DNA of 33,320 bases from Methanomicrobiales archaeon. Lineage in GTDB: Archaea > Halobacteriota > Methanomicrobia > Methanomicrobiales > Methanospirillaceae. Numbering within the stretch: the stretch's first letter is position 1; each line of letters begins with the position of its first letter. The translations under genes and the position numbers were made by a program. The notes beneath the pieces are model-generated. The model saw only the letters and a list, made by a program, of their open reading frames with translations, did not search any database and was not told where the DNA came from. The DNA lies in contig JBAXJR010000026.1 in NCBI GenBank assembly GCA_037137755.1, positions 1 to 33,320 on the forward strand, written 5' to 3'. Below, piece after piece: positions 1 through 10,092 of the stretch.

Positions 1-360
1 ATTTTTAATTCGATACTCTAAGATAAAAATGTAAGCTTGGGTTTTTCGCTATCCTTTTATGATTTGGACTGCAATCCAAAAACGATGCGGTTTCCGGAAT
101 CATATTTTTACCCTAAATCGCCTTATTTAACGGATGGTTATGAATCGAAGGTTGAATCCCCATGTTTAAAAAAGGTGATTTAGAGAAGTACTGAGGCTAA
201 AACATGACGAAAAATGCCAGGTCGTTGAAATTTTACTATCGATTATAACTTCAATAAGGAACGAGTTCCCTTGGTAATCTGGAACAAAGCAGGTAAGCAA
301 ACTTTCAGGACCTCTTCTATGAATATGTAGCAAATATTTCCCGGTTATCAAAAGATTAGG

Positions 361-368
361 TTTAAATA
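361..368 (+). promoter_or_regulatory. TATA box (TTTAAATA) of gap
   Basis: Archaeal TATA consensus ~25 nt upstream of the ATG at 394, with no obvious RBS; compatible with a leaderless or short-leader transcript. Confidence 0.55.
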
Positions 369-393
369 ATTTTATTTTGTACTTCCTCATGTT

Positions 394-1413
394 ATGATAA
401 AAGTTGCAATTAATGGATATGGGACTATTGGAAAGAGAGTTGCCGATGCTGTTGCCGCGCAACCGGATATGGAGATCGTTGGCGTCTCTAAAACCCGCCC
501 AAATGCTGACGCATTTATTGCGAAGGCAAGAGGATATCCACTCTATATTGCCGATATTTCGAAGAAAAGTGCATTCGAAAACGTGGGTATTATTGTCGCA
601 GGCAGCGTTGGTGAGATGCTCACGAAAGCTGATATCGTAATTGATGCGACTCCGGGCGATGTCGGGGCAAAAAACAAGCCCCTCTATGAGAAGGTCGGGG
701 TAAAAGTTATTTACCAGGGTGGGGAGGAGCATGAAGTCGCGGGTTTCTCCTTCAATTCTGACTGTAACTACAAGGATGCATTTGGGCGCCAGTTTGCAAG
801 AGTGGTCTCCTGTAACACAACAGGGTTGTGCCGAATCATCCATGCAATGGACAAGGCATACGGGGTCGAAAAAGTCCGGGCAGTGATGGTGCGACGCGGT
901 TCAGACCCTGGCGAAATAAAGAAAGGCCCGATTGATGCGGTCGTCCTGAACCCGGTGACCATCCCGAGCCACCACGGTCCGGACGTCCAGACGGTACTCC
1001 CCCACATCCCTATCGTGACCATGGCAATGATTGTCCCAACGACCATGATGCACATGCATGCCATCAGCATGGACCTGAAAAAGGCAGCAACTCGTGAGGA
1101 TGTCCTCAGTATTATTGAAAAACACCCCCGGATGGGACTTGTACGAAAGTCAACCGGTATCACGAGTACCGCTGAGCTCAAGGAATATGTCATGGACCTC
1201 GGCCGGAGCCGTTCAGACCTGTGGGAGAACGGGATTTTTGAAGATTCCGTTGCGATGGTCGGTAAAGAGCTCTACCTGTTCCAGGCAATTCACCAGGAAG
1301 CGGATGTAGTCGTTGAGAATATCGATGCAATACGAGCCCTGATAGGGTCTGTAAAGGACCCGGAGACATCAATCCGTATGACAAACGAAGCGCTTGGGTT
1401 TACTGCGATTTAG
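394..1413 (+). CDS. gap: Glyceraldehyde-3-phosphate dehydrogenase, archaeal type II (NAD(P)+)
   Basis: N-terminal INGYGTIGKRVADAV Rossmann motif, catalytic SCNTTG, PSHHGPDV and QAIHQE motifs. Confidence 0.97.
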   Translation: MIKVAINGYGTIGKRVADAVAAQPDMEIVGVSKTRPNADAFIAKARGYPLYIADISKKSAFENVGIIVAGSVGEMLTKADIVIDATPGDVGAKNKPLYEKVGVKVIYQGGEEHEVAGFSFNSDCNYKDAFGRQFARVVSCNTTGLCRIIHAMDKAYGVEKVRAVMVRRGSDPGEIKKGPIDAVVLNPVTIPSHHGPDVQTVLPHIPIVTMAMIVPTTMMHMHAISMDLKKAATREDVLSIIEKHPRMGLVRKSTGITSTAELKEYVMDLGRSRSDLWENGIFEDSVAMVGKELYLFQAIHQEADVVVENIDAIRALIGSVKDPETSIRMTNEALGFTAI

Positions 1414-1450
1414 AATAACTATTAACTCCCTTCATAACCCATGATTTCTG

Positions 1451-2392
1451 ATGGACTCGTATGCACTGGCGACACGGAATACTGTAGAGGTCGTCACCGA
1501 CGAAGAACTTAAAATTCTCCTTAAAAAGCCGAAAAAACGCGTATACGCCGGGTACGAGCCGAGTGGAGAGATCCACCTCGGTCACCTGGTAACGGTCAAT
1601 AAACTCCGGGATCTCAAAGATGCAGGGTTCGAAGTTGTTGTCCTGCTCGCTGACCTACATGCATTCCTGAACCGGAAGGGGACAATGGAAGAGGTCGGGG
1701 AGCTTGCCAACTACAACCGGCGGTGTTTTGAGGGGCTTGGGTTGAAGGACGTAACATTTGTCCTCGGCTCAGAGCTCCAATTGAACTCCGAATATGAGCT
1801 CCTTATGCTCCGGCTCTCCCAGCAGATTACCCTGAACCGTGCGACTAGGAGCATGGACGAAGTCGGACGGCAGATGGAGGCACCTACCGTCTCCCAGATG
1901 ATTTACCCGATCATGCAGATGGTCGATATTGCGATGCTTGACGTGGACGCTGCTGTCGGTGGAATTGACCAGAGAAAGATCCATATGCTCGCACGGGAGC
2001 ACCTTGTCAATGCCGGGTATTCGTCGCCGGTTTGTATCCATACACCAATTCTTAACGGCCTTGATGGTAAGAAAATGTCCTCCTCAAGTGGCAATTACAT
2101 TTCGGTAGCCGATACAGAGGAAACAATAAATAAAAAATGCCAGAAGGCATTCTGTCCTCCTGAATGCGAGGACAATGCAGTCCTCCAGATGTTCCAGTAC
2201 CACGTGTTCCCCCGCGTTCATGTTGTGAGTGTCAGGCGGCAGGAAAAATTTGGAGGCGACAGGGAATTCGACAACTATGCTGCACTTCATGAAGCCTACC
2301 AGAAGGGAGAGGTCCACCCGCTCGACCTGAAAAAGACACTCGGGACATACCTGGCTGAGATCCTTGCCCCGGTCCGGGATTACGTCCATTAA
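1451..2392 (+). CDS. tyrS: Tyrosyl-tRNA synthetase, archaeal type
   Basis: YAGYEPSG, HLGH (HIGH), YPIMQ, GGIDQRKIHM, KMSSS and HPLDLK motifs. Confidence 0.97.
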   Translation: MDSYALATRNTVEVVTDEELKILLKKPKKRVYAGYEPSGEIHLGHLVTVNKLRDLKDAGFEVVVLLADLHAFLNRKGTMEEVGELANYNRRCFEGLGLKDVTFVLGSELQLNSEYELLMLRLSQQITLNRATRSMDEVGRQMEAPTVSQMIYPIMQMVDIAMLDVDAAVGGIDQRKIHMLAREHLVNAGYSSPVCIHTPILNGLDGKKMSSSSGNYISVADTEETINKKCQKAFCPPECEDNAVLQMFQYHVFPRVHVVSVRRQEKFGGDREFDNYAALHEAYQKGEVHPLDLKKTLGTYLAEILAPVRDYVH

Positions 2393-2403
2393 CGGAGGGT
2401 TCC

Positions 2404-3213
2404 ATGAATAGAGATCAGCCTGAAAAGGAGTTTGATTTCGATCGCGAGGTTGACCGGCTCGGTATAAGGATCAAGGATGCCAACCAGCTCAAAGTCAGGG
2501 ATGATGTATTCGACGAAATAACGCTTCTCGCGCTCTATAAACTGGTCCATAAAAAGTGGCTCTCGGCAATCGGGGGATCGATCAGCACCGGTAAGGAGGC
2601 CAATGTATTTCTCGCTGACCGGGAAGGAACTGATGTCGCTATCAAGATTTACCGGATCCGCACTGCTAATTTCAACACGATGAACGAATACATACTGGGA
2701 GACCGTCGTTTTACCGGGATGCGAAAATCACGGAAGGACCTGATTTTCGCCTGGGCGAAAAAAGAATTTTCAAACCTGAAGCGGGCGCACGAGGCGGGTC
2801 TTTCTGTACCCGAACCATATGTCTGGGACAGGAATATCCTCATCATGGAGTTCATGGGATCTGGCGGGCGCCCATACCCTCAGATGCGGAATGTGAACCT
2901 TGAGGAGGCAGCGGGTACATATGAGGAGATCATTTCATTTATGGCTGATTTGTACAAAAAAGCCGGGCTTATCCATGCGGATCTGAGCGAGTTTAATATC
3001 CTCTTCGGGGACCGCCCATTTTTCATCGATATGGGACAATCAGTTACAACAGATCATCCGAGGGCGTTTTCATTCCTGAAAAGGGATATTGCAAACATCA
3101 ATCATTTCTTCTCTTCCCGCTGCGAAGTGAAGGATGAACGAGAACTTTTTACAAGGATTACGGGTCTTGTCTTCCCGGATCTCAATACAGAACAACAGGG
3201 AAAAAAGGTGTGA
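2404..3213 (+). CDS. rio1: RIO1-family serine protein kinase
   Basis: STGKEANVF, AIKIYR, IHADLSEFNIL and IDMGQSV motifs; GGAGG RBS upstream. Confidence 0.95.
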   Translation: MNRDQPEKEFDFDREVDRLGIRIKDANQLKVRDDVFDEITLLALYKLVHKKWLSAIGGSISTGKEANVFLADREGTDVAIKIYRIRTANFNTMNEYILGDRRFTGMRKSRKDLIFAWAKKEFSNLKRAHEAGLSVPEPYVWDRNILIMEFMGSGGRPYPQMRNVNLEEAAGTYEEIISFMADLYKKAGLIHADLSEFNILFGDRPFFIDMGQSVTTDHPRAFSFLKRDIANINHFFSSRCEVKDERELFTRITGLVFPDLNTEQQGKKV

Positions 3214-3220
3214 TTTAGTC

Positions 3221-3760
3221 ATGATACAGGAGATAAAAGTTTCAGGAAGCCGGATTGGAGCATTAATTGGAAAGGAAGGATCGACCAAAAAGAAACTTGA
3301 GGAAAAATCCGGGGCTCAAATCACTATTGACAGTAAGGAGGGAATGGTGAGAGTCGAGGGTGAGGAGGCCCTCGGTGCCCTCAGGGCAATTGAGACGGTA
3401 AATGCCATTAACCGGGGTTTTTCACCGGAACGTGCCTTTTGTCTCCTTGATGACGAGGATTTACTGTTTGATGTAATTGACCTGTCAGAAATAGCAGATA
3501 CACCGAATCAGCTTGACCGGATCCGTGGCCGCATTATCGGAAAAGACGGGAAGTCAAGGGAACAGATCGAAGATATGACTCAGGTTTCCATTTCGGTGTT
3601 CGGGAAAACGATTGCCCTTATCGGATTACCGGAGCATATTAAGGTTGCCCGGACGGCGATTGATATGCTCATCCAGGGCGTACCTCATGAAGCGGTCTTC
3701 TCTTTCCTGGAAAAGAAAAAGAGGGAGCTGAAGCAGGATATTATCAGCTATTATTACTAA
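3221..3760 (+). CDS. KH-domain rRNA processing protein (Dim2/Pno1 family)
   Basis: Two GxxG KH motifs (IGKEG, IIGKDG) and RGFSPERA; usual neighbour of rio1. Start set at ATG 3221, inside ORF 3134..3760. Confidence 0.92.
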   Translation: MIQEIKVSGSRIGALIGKEGSTKKKLEEKSGAQITIDSKEGMVRVEGEEALGALRAIETVNAINRGFSPERAFCLLDDEDLLFDVIDLSEIADTPNQLDRIRGRIIGKDGKSREQIEDMTQVSISVFGKTIALIGLPEHIKVARTAIDMLIQGVPHEAVFSFLEKKKRELKQDIISYYY

Positions 3761-3827
3761 TTTTTTTCTGGTCCGAAAGTTGAGGTAATTGAAAAGAGCC
3801 ATTATGGACCGATATTCGAGAGGGGCA

Positions 3828-3840
3828 TTTCCACTGGAAA
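3828..3840 (-). promoter_or_regulatory. ORB-core-like element upstream of hel308
   Basis: TTTCCACTGGAAA (minus strand TTTCCAGTGGAAA), identical to the core of the ORB at 8715-8727. Confidence 0.45.
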
Positions 3841-3969
3841 GCAATACAGGTTCCCTAAGCTCGGTTGATCAATTTAACTATGCTGGAATGTTATTAGAGT
3901 GGAATCAAAGGGGTCTGGATCTGGAACGCTGTATAATATTTTGCTTCAAGTACCCACGGGAGGGGACCG

Positions 3970-6141
3970 ATGAAAATCGAGGAATTACCAATATCAGGAC
4001 ACCTTAAGGCGTATTATAAAAAGGCCGGGATCTCGGACCTGTACCCGCCCCAGGAGGAGTGTATCCGGAAGGGGATGTTTGACCGGAAAAACCTCCTTGT
4101 CGCAATCCCGACCGCAAGCGGAAAAACCCTTGTAGCCGAGATGGCGATGCACCATCACATCGGGAAATCAGGTAAATGCCTCTATATCGTTCCCCTCAAA
4201 GCATTGGCAAGTGAAAAATTTGATGAGTTTTCCAGGAAAGATGTCCGCGTTGGCATTTCCACTGGAGATTTAGACCGGCGGGACGAGTCTCTTGGAAAGA
4301 ATGATATCATCGTTGCAACGAGCGAGAAAGTAGACTCCCTCATCAGGAACAGTGCTCCCTGGCTGAAGGATATTTCACTTCTGGTTGTGGATGAAGTACA
4401 CCTTATCGATTCTCCTGATCGCGGTGCTACGCTTGAAATGGTCATTACAAAAATGAGGTATCGTAACCCCGATATGCAGGTTATTGCACTAAGTGCAACC
4501 ATCGGGAACCCTGGTGTGCTCGCCCGCTGGATGGACGCGGAGCTCGTAACAAGCGAATGGAGACCTGTTGACCTCCGGCAGGGTGTATTTTATAATGGGA
4601 AAATCAGGTTTCACGAGGTGTGCCGTCAGGTAGAGACAGTATCAAAGTATGATGACCTCAACCTCTGCATGGACACGATTACCGAGGGTGGCCAGTGCCT
4701 TGTGTTTGTCTCGTCAAGGAAAAATGCTGAGGCTTTTGCAAAACGGGCTGCTTCAGCCTTTAAATTAGAAAATTCCGAATTGAAAGAGTTATCAGAGAGG
4801 ATCAAAAAACTGGCGGAAACGGATAACGATAAATTGCTTGCAGCATGTGTCGAATCCGGCGCCGCTTTCCACCATGCAGGTCTGAAACGTGAGGCAAGGG
4901 CGACTATAGAGGAGGGGTTCCGGAAAGGACATATCAGATGTATCTCCTCCACCCCAACCCTTGCAGCCGGGCTTAACCTGCCGGCGAGAAGGGTAATTAT
5001 CAGGGACTATCGCCGTTTCACTTCCGGAGAGGGTATGGTACCGATCCCTGTCAGGGAATACCACCAGATGGCTGGTCGTGCAGGACGGCCCCATCTCGAC
5101 CCATACGGCGAGGCAGTCCTGATTGCGAAAGACGATCAGGATGTCGATGCACTATTCGAGTGGTATATTGATGCCCCGGCGGAAGATGTCTATTCCCAGT
5201 GCGGGACCGAGACCACGCTCTGTACACATATCCTTTCACTTATCGCATCCGGATTTGTCAGGTCCCGGGAAGAACTTTCTACGTTCATGGACCGGACTTT
5301 TTTTCTCTACCAGCATAAACAGAGCCGGGTAATTCCACGTGTTATCGCACAGGTGATCGAATTTCTTCTTACAACAGAAATGATCACTGAAAATGGTGGA
5401 ATCCTATCAGCCACAGAATTCGGATCGCTGATCTCCCAGTTATATATCGACCCGCGGGGTGCAGATGCAATTGTAAGTGGGATGTGTTCTGCAGAGGAAT
5501 ATTCAGATATCGGGCTCCTCCAGCTGATTTGCAGCACACCCGATATGTACACCCTCTACGTAAGCAACAAGGATATCCCGTACCTTGACCGGTTCCTCGG
5601 GGATCGGGGGGACGAGCTCTGGCTCCCGTTACCCGCTGACGAAGAGGAGGTTTATTACAGGGGTTTGAAAACAACGATGCTGCTCCAGGACTGGGCTAAC
5701 GAGCTCTCCGACACGATGATCTGCGAACGGTATTCGGTAGGCCCGGGAGATATATATTCGATGGTTGACAGCGTGAACTGGCTCCTCCATGCAACCTCAA
5801 GACTTACGCCGATGTTTTCACCCCGTTTCCGTAACCAGGTCCGGGAGTTTGAATACTGCATGAAATACGGTGTTAAACGGGAATTGTTGCCGCTGGTAAA
5901 AATCAGAAACATCGGTCGTGTGCGGGCGCGGCGCCTGTTTAACAGCGGGATTACCACCAACGAAGACCTTCGGTCGGCGGGGAAAGACCGGGTCGCCCAA
6001 ATCCTTGGAAGGGGTATTGCAGACCAATTGTTTAACTCTGTTAAAAGGCAGAGTTCTATGATCATAGAAGAGTCGGGGGAGGCCGTGGAAGGACCCGTGA
6101 CCCGCAAAACGCAATATACATTATCCCACTTTGAGGAGTAG
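3970..6141 (+). CDS. hel308: Ski2-like SF2 DNA helicase Hel308/Hjm
   Basis: PTASGKT Walker [31 protein letters not shown]-terminal HhH (IGRVRARRL) and PIP-like QYTLSHF. Confidence 0.96.
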   Translation: MKIEELPISGHLKAYYKKAGISDLYPPQEECIRKGMFDRKNLLVAIPTASGKTLVAEMAMHHHIGKSGKCLYIVPLKALASEKFDEFSRKDVRVGISTGDLDRRDESLGKNDIIVATSEKVDSLIRNSAPWLKDISLLVVDEVHLIDSPDRGATLEMVITKMRYRNPDMQVIALSATIGNPGVLARWMDAELVTSEWRPVDLRQGVFYNGKIRFHEVCRQVETVSKYDDLNLCMDTITEGGQCLVFVSSRKNAEAFAKRAASAFKLENSELKELSERIKKLAETDNDKLLAACVESGAAFHHAGLKREARATIEEGFRKGHIRCISSTPTLAAGLNLPARRVIIRDYRRFTSGEGMVPIPVREYHQMAGRAGRPHLDPYGEAVLIAKDDQDVDALFEWYIDAPAEDVYSQCGTETTLCTHILSLIASGFVRSREELSTFMDRTFFLYQHKQSRVIPRVIAQVIEFLLTTEMITENGGILSATEFGSLISQLYIDPRGADAIVSGMCSAEEYSDIGLLQLICSTPDMYTLYVSNKDIPYLDRFLGDRGDELWLPLPADEEEVYYRGLKTTMLLQDWANELSDTMICERYSVGPGDIYSMVDSVNWLLHATSRLTPMFSPRFRNQVREFEYCMKYGVKRELLPLVKIRNIGRVRARRLFNSGITTNEDLRSAGKDRVAQILGRGIADQLFNSVKRQSSMIIEESGEAVEGPVTRKTQYTLSHFEE

Positions 6142-6191
6142 GCGGGTTTTACCGAGCAATACAGATATGAAGTCACACAAGGGGGTAGAGA

Positions 6192-6773
6192 ATGAATACA
6201 TCTGATAAATGGAGTCATTTGGATATTATTCATCTGGATATAATTAATGAGAATGAAATCCGGGAACTGGATCTCGAAATCCGACAGGTTTCATTTCAGG
6301 TCCGGGATACTGGAAGTTTCCTCTCGTGGTTACGGGACCTTTCTAACAGGAATGGTGTTTCTATTGTCTGTTTTAATGCAGAGCTTATGGCAGGACATGA
6401 ACACGTCATATCTGCAATGTTCCATGCTAAAAGGGCAATGAAGAAGGGCACCTGCATTTCCAGTTCATTTGAAATTGAGGCTCTTCTTTATGCCGCAGGA
6501 TCCCGCCAGTGCCAGGACGCAGCAAAATTCGGTGTACACCAGGGATTGAATAACTGCTATCTCTGCATATACCCGATAAATCCCCAGGTCTGGTCAGATC
6601 TCTCACCCGTGATGACCATCTCAACCGATGACTGGGAACGAATGACAGATGAAAAAATGACGGTTCTGACTTCTGTATTTGGTATCACAAATGATGAAAT
6701 TGTGGTCACCGGAAAGGACCGCATAAAAGATCTCGTTCTTGAAAGGGTTGCGCTACTTGAAGTAAATAAATAA
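6192..6773 (+). CDS. cgi121: KEOPS complex subunit Cgi121
   Basis: HA.RA, EIEALLYAAGSRQC..A.KFG and terminal LVLERVALL motifs; follows hel308. Exact start uncertain. Confidence 0.88.
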   Translation: MNTSDKWSHLDIIHLDIINENEIRELDLEIRQVSFQVRDTGSFLSWLRDLSNRNGVSIVCFNAELMAGHEHVISAMFHAKRAMKKGTCISSSFEIEALLYAAGSRQCQDAAKFGVHQGLNNCYLCIYPINPQVWSDLSPVMTISTDDWERMTDEKMTVLTSVFGITNDEIVVTGKDRIKDLVLERVALLEVNK

Positions 6774-6909
6774 TTCCCCCGGCAGATTAGCCAGTACAGG
6801 TGGATTTCATCAATTGGTTACCCAGCCCCAACAGGATTATCCTGTTCTGATTTTTATCCTTGCGGTTTTTCTGAAAAAAAGAGCAGTCCTGGATTTCTAA
6901 CGTCTCTTT

Positions 6910-7398
6910 TTATTTTCTTGCATGGGTTAGAATATGTCGGATTTCGGGGATGATGAGGGAGCTCATCGCCAGTTTTACTGCAGTATTGGAACCGGGAATG
7001 CAGAAAACGACCTTCTTCCGGATAACTCCTGCACTTGCCCGCGAAAGCATTGCAGCTGGTCCGATTTCCTCATAACTTTTCATCCTGAATAGTTCTCCAA
7101 AACCCTCTATTTTCTTCTCGTAGAGTGGTTCAACCGCTTCGATGGTGCAATCATCAGATGTCAGTCCTGTTCCGCCATTCAGGACCAGGCAATCACTTTG
7201 TTTAAGCCCGTGGACCGTTGCTTCCCGTATTGCTTCAATACGGTCAGGAACAATTACATAGTAATCCATAGGATAACCGGCTCTCCGAAGACAGGTTATG
7301 ATGATCTTTCCACTGGAATCCGTTTCTACGTTCCGCGAGCTTGAAACGGTAATTACGCCTGTTGTTATTGGGATGGGCTGTATATGTTCGGGGTTCAT
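6910..7398 (-). CDS. moaB: Molybdenum cofactor biosynthesis protein MoaB/MogA family
   Basis: ITVS, DSSG, GGTG...D, GFGELFR, SRA.AG and PGS motifs. Start set at ATG 7398; the ORF extends to 7431. Confidence 0.92.
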   Translation of the reverse strand: MNPEHIQPIPITTGVITVSSSRNVETDSSGKIIITCLRRAGYPMDYYVIVPDRIEAIREATVHGLKQSDCLVLNGGTGLTSDDCTIEAVEPLYEKKIEGFGELFRMKSYEEIGPAAMLSRASAGVIRKKVVFCIPGSNTAVKLAMSSLIIPEIRHILTHARK

Positions 7399-7471
7399 CG
7401 CATCACTATTATGATAGATTGGCAATGGCATAACGTTTCCCTTCTCTTTTTGTGTATGGGGTTTGTGGGGA

Positions 7472-7492
7472 CCCCTTTGTTTCCTCTGGAGA
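7472..7492 (-). promoter_or_regulatory. Origin recognition box (ORB) with G-string
   Basis: Minus strand reads TCTCCAGAGGAAACAAAGGGG, matching the archaeal ORB consensus TTCCAGTGGAAAC-N-GGGG. Confidence 0.88.
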
Positions 7493-7794
7493 GTTTTCCT
7501 GATTTCTGGTTCTTTCTCTGATGTTGCTGTTCCCAGATTTCCAATTACCTGCTTTTTTTACTTATGACACAAAAAAGCAGCAAAAAAAGTCTTCTCAAAA
7601 TCCCCTTCTTTACATATACTGATCTTATGAAACGTAGGATTTGTGAATATTCCATTCGTTGTTTTTTGTTCTTTGACCCTGTTGATTCTGTAGTGACAAT
7701 TGGTTATTTTGTTCTTTTGATTTTCGGATTTTTGCTTGTTTGTCCTTCTTTTTTTCTTTTATTTTTTATTCTGTAAAAAAAGTTTCAATTATAG

Positions 7795-7885
7795 CCTCTT
7801 ATTCTTATAGAAAGATATTTCGATATGTATATATATTATAATTTCAACAGTGTACAACAAGCTAAACTATTTTGTCTTTTTTATT
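7795..7885. other. Candidate DNA unwinding element
   Basis: Very AT-rich (gatatgtatatatattataattt), lies between the inverted ORBs, at the T-rich to A-rich strand switch. Boundaries approximate. Confidence 0.6.
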
Positions 7886-7906
7886 TCCCTTCTAGTAACT
7901 ATTCTA

Positions 7907-7934
7907 GTTTCCAATGGAAACCAGAGGGTCTGGG
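7907..7934 (+). promoter_or_regulatory. Origin recognition box (ORB)
   Basis: GTTTCCAATGGAAACCAGAGGGTCTGGG. Confidence 0.85.
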
Positions 7935-8007
7935 ATATGATACAGAATAAGGGTAATTTGGGGTGGTACCTGGAAACATTTCCTCCCAGAATAAAAAAGA
8001 ATGAAAA

Positions 8008-8018
8008 TCCATAGGAAA
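8008..8018 (+). promoter_or_regulatory. Degenerate mini-ORB
   Basis: TCCATAGGAAA; another half-site, ACCTGGAAAC, at ~7968-7977. Confidence 0.4.
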
Positions 8019-8715
8019 ATCAGTTCGTGTGGAGAAATCGGAAAACTTCCAGAAAAACACCCAGGCAAAATGAAAAAAAGATTCAGCAACCACACAAAAT
8101 AAAAGAAAACATCAATGAAAGGAGAAAAACACCACAAATAAGGAAGATTCATGGTAATGGGACTCCCTCATAACAGAGGATTAAAAAAACTCTCCATTTA
8201 TGGATCGTTAGTCACCGGCGATCAACGATAAAGAAAATGAACCGATCACAGGAGAGCAAAAACAATCAACAAACGAGATCCTGATATGTTTCCATTAATC
8301 CGGGAAAATGGGAAAAAGAAGGCCAGATTTGAATACAGAGAAAAAAAGGCCCTGATTTTTCCTATGCCTTATTTCTCCAGCTTATAAAACAGAATCGAAA
8401 GAGAACAATGTATACAAGCACAAAAAGAAAGGGAAAATATTTCCAAAAACACGGGTTAGAAACACTATCCAGAGGTATCAAGATCCTAGAATCAATCAAT
8501 TGCTTCTGTTTGCATTTTTAACCGGTAACCGGGAAATACCCAATAAAATGGAATGGACTATTCAGTTGCGCTCCTTCCATCCAGAAAAGGTATCAGATAT
8601 CATCCATATTTATTATCATAAACAATTTCTGGATACGAGGGACTGGTTCTTCCACTGTTCAATAGAATCGACTATTTGGAGTGTAAAACTGTAATAAGTC
8701 TCCAAATATTCACCT

Positions 8716-8735
8716 TTCCAGTGGAAACCGTGGGG
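8716..8735 (+). promoter_or_regulatory. Origin recognition box (ORB) with G-string
   Basis: TTCCAGTGGAAACCGTGGGG, a near-perfect consensus match. Confidence 0.9.
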
Positions 8736-8789
8736 TGCATTCCGACGAAAAAAACGATCAGATTTTAAGCACGGATATCTAAGGTTTAG

Positions 8790-8802
8790 CTCCACTGGAA
8801 AC
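8790..8802 (+). promoter_or_regulatory. ORB core abutting the cdc6 start codon
   Basis: CTCCACTGGAAAC, 1 nt before ATG 8804. Confidence 0.75.
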
Positions 8803-8803
8803 C

Positions 8804-10087
8804 ATGCCCGAAGACCCCGATACATCAGTCGGACTTTTTAAAAAGTTCCTCGCAAACAATAAAATATTCAAAAACCGTGAGGTCCTCAGGCATTCCTATA
8901 GACCAAATATATTACCTCACAGGCGACCACAGATAGATCAGATCGCCTCAATACTCGCACCTGCCCTGAAAAACGAAACCCCCTCAAATATTCTTATTTA
9001 TGGCAAGACCGGGACTGGAAAAACCGCCTGTGTCCGTTATGTTGGGACAGAGCTTGAAAATGCCGGTTCCCAGATGGGGATGGTATGCCGGGTTGTACAC
9101 CTTAATTGTGAAGTTATCGATACACAGTACCGGATTCTCGCCCAGATCTCAAAGTATATCCTGGGACCGGATGAGACGGCAAGTGATAAACTGCGTGCGC
9201 ATATTCCGATGACCGGCTGGCCGACAGACCAGGTGTACCAGGAGTTAAAAAACCAGCTCGAATCGAGTGGCGGGGTCCTCATCATTATCCTGGATGAAAT
9301 TGATAAGCTGGTAAAAAAGAGTGGAGATGAGACCCTCTACAATCTCACCAGGATCAATACCGACCTGAAAAAGTCCAAGGTCAGCATGATTGGTATTTCG
9401 AACGATCTGAGTTTCAAGGATTTCCTTGATCCCCGTGTACTATCTTCGCTCAGCGAGGAAGAACTGGTTTTCCCCCCTTACAATGCCCCCCAACTTGTTG
9501 ATATCCTTCAGCAGCGTGCGGAATCCTCCTTTGTCGAGAATGCACTGGATGAAGGTGTAATCCCTCTCTGTTCCGCCCTTGCAGCCCAGGAACACGGGGA
9601 TGCCCGCAGGGCCCTCGATCTCCTGAGGGTTTCAGGGGAGCTGGCAGACAGGGCAGATACTGACCGGGTTACAGAGGAGCATGTAAAAATGGCCCAGGCC
9701 AAGATAGAAAGTGACAGTATGATTGAGTGCGTCTCAACGCTGCCCACCCAGAGTAAAGTAATCCTCTATTGTATGCTTCTTCTGGACCAGACAGGCCAGA
9801 ATATTTTTACGAGCGGCGAGGTGTCCCGGATCTACCAGGACATTGCCCCCAAAATTGATATCGATGTCCTGACCCACCGCAGAATAACTGACCTGATAAG
9901 CGAACTCAATATGCTGGGGGTTATCAATACCAGGGTTGTAAGCCGTGGGCGTTATGGAAGGACAAAAGAGATGTGGTTTGACGTAAATACCTATAAAATA
10001 CGGGACGTAATTCTGAACGACCCCAGGTTAAGTCAGCAGGGTCTTGCCCAGATTGATACTCACTGGGTAAAGAGCCTGTTCAGGTGA
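8804..10087 (+). CDS. cdc6: Orc1/Cdc6 replication initiator
   Basis: YGKTGTGKT Walker A, LDEID Walker B, DPRV.SSL, FPPYNA.QL, HGDARRALDLLR and C-terminal wHTH with SRGRYGRT. Confidence 0.97.
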   Translation: MPEDPDTSVGLFKKFLANNKIFKNREVLRHSYRPNILPHRRPQIDQIASILAPALKNETPSNILIYGKTGTGKTACVRYVGTELENAGSQMGMVCRVVHLNCEVIDTQYRILAQISKYILGPDETASDKLRAHIPMTGWPTDQVYQELKNQLESSGGVLIIILDEIDKLVKKSGDETLYNLTRINTDLKKSKVSMIGISNDLSFKDFLDPRVLSSLSEEELVFPPYNAPQLVDILQQRAESSFVENALDEGVIPLCSALAAQEHGDARRALDLLRVSGELADRADTDRVTEEHVKMAQAKIESDSMIECVSTLPTQSKVILYCMLLLDQTGQNIFTSGEVSRIYQDIAPKIDIDVLTHRRITDLISELNMLGVINTRVVSRGRYGRTKEMWFDVNTYKIRDVILNDPRLSQQGLAQIDTHWVKSLFR

Positions 10088-10092
10088 AAAAA

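Larger units (their letters stand above)
7432..8803. other. Chromosomal replication origin (oriC) adjacent to cdc6
   Basis: ~1.37 kb non-coding AT-rich region with several ORB elements and a central AT-rich stretch, directly upstream of cdc6. Confidence 0.9.

Noticed and set aside
166-843. 225-aa minus-strand ORF, and other long antisense ORFs (14443..15081, 16890..17459, 22435..23241, 27066..27668, 28853..29569)
   Set aside because: Shadow frames opposite well-supported genes, with no recognisable motifs
7752-8109. 14-bp inverted repeat TTTTCTTTTATTTT / AAAATAAAAGAAAA
   Set aside because: Low complexity; expected from the mirrored T-rich and A-rich composition
7564-8825. Short ORFs within the origin (7564..7776, 7899..8093, 7904..8152, 8500..8694, 8616..8825)
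   Set aside because: Phe/Leu-biased products of T- and A-tracts or otherwise featureless, with no RBS or motifs; several overlap ORBs
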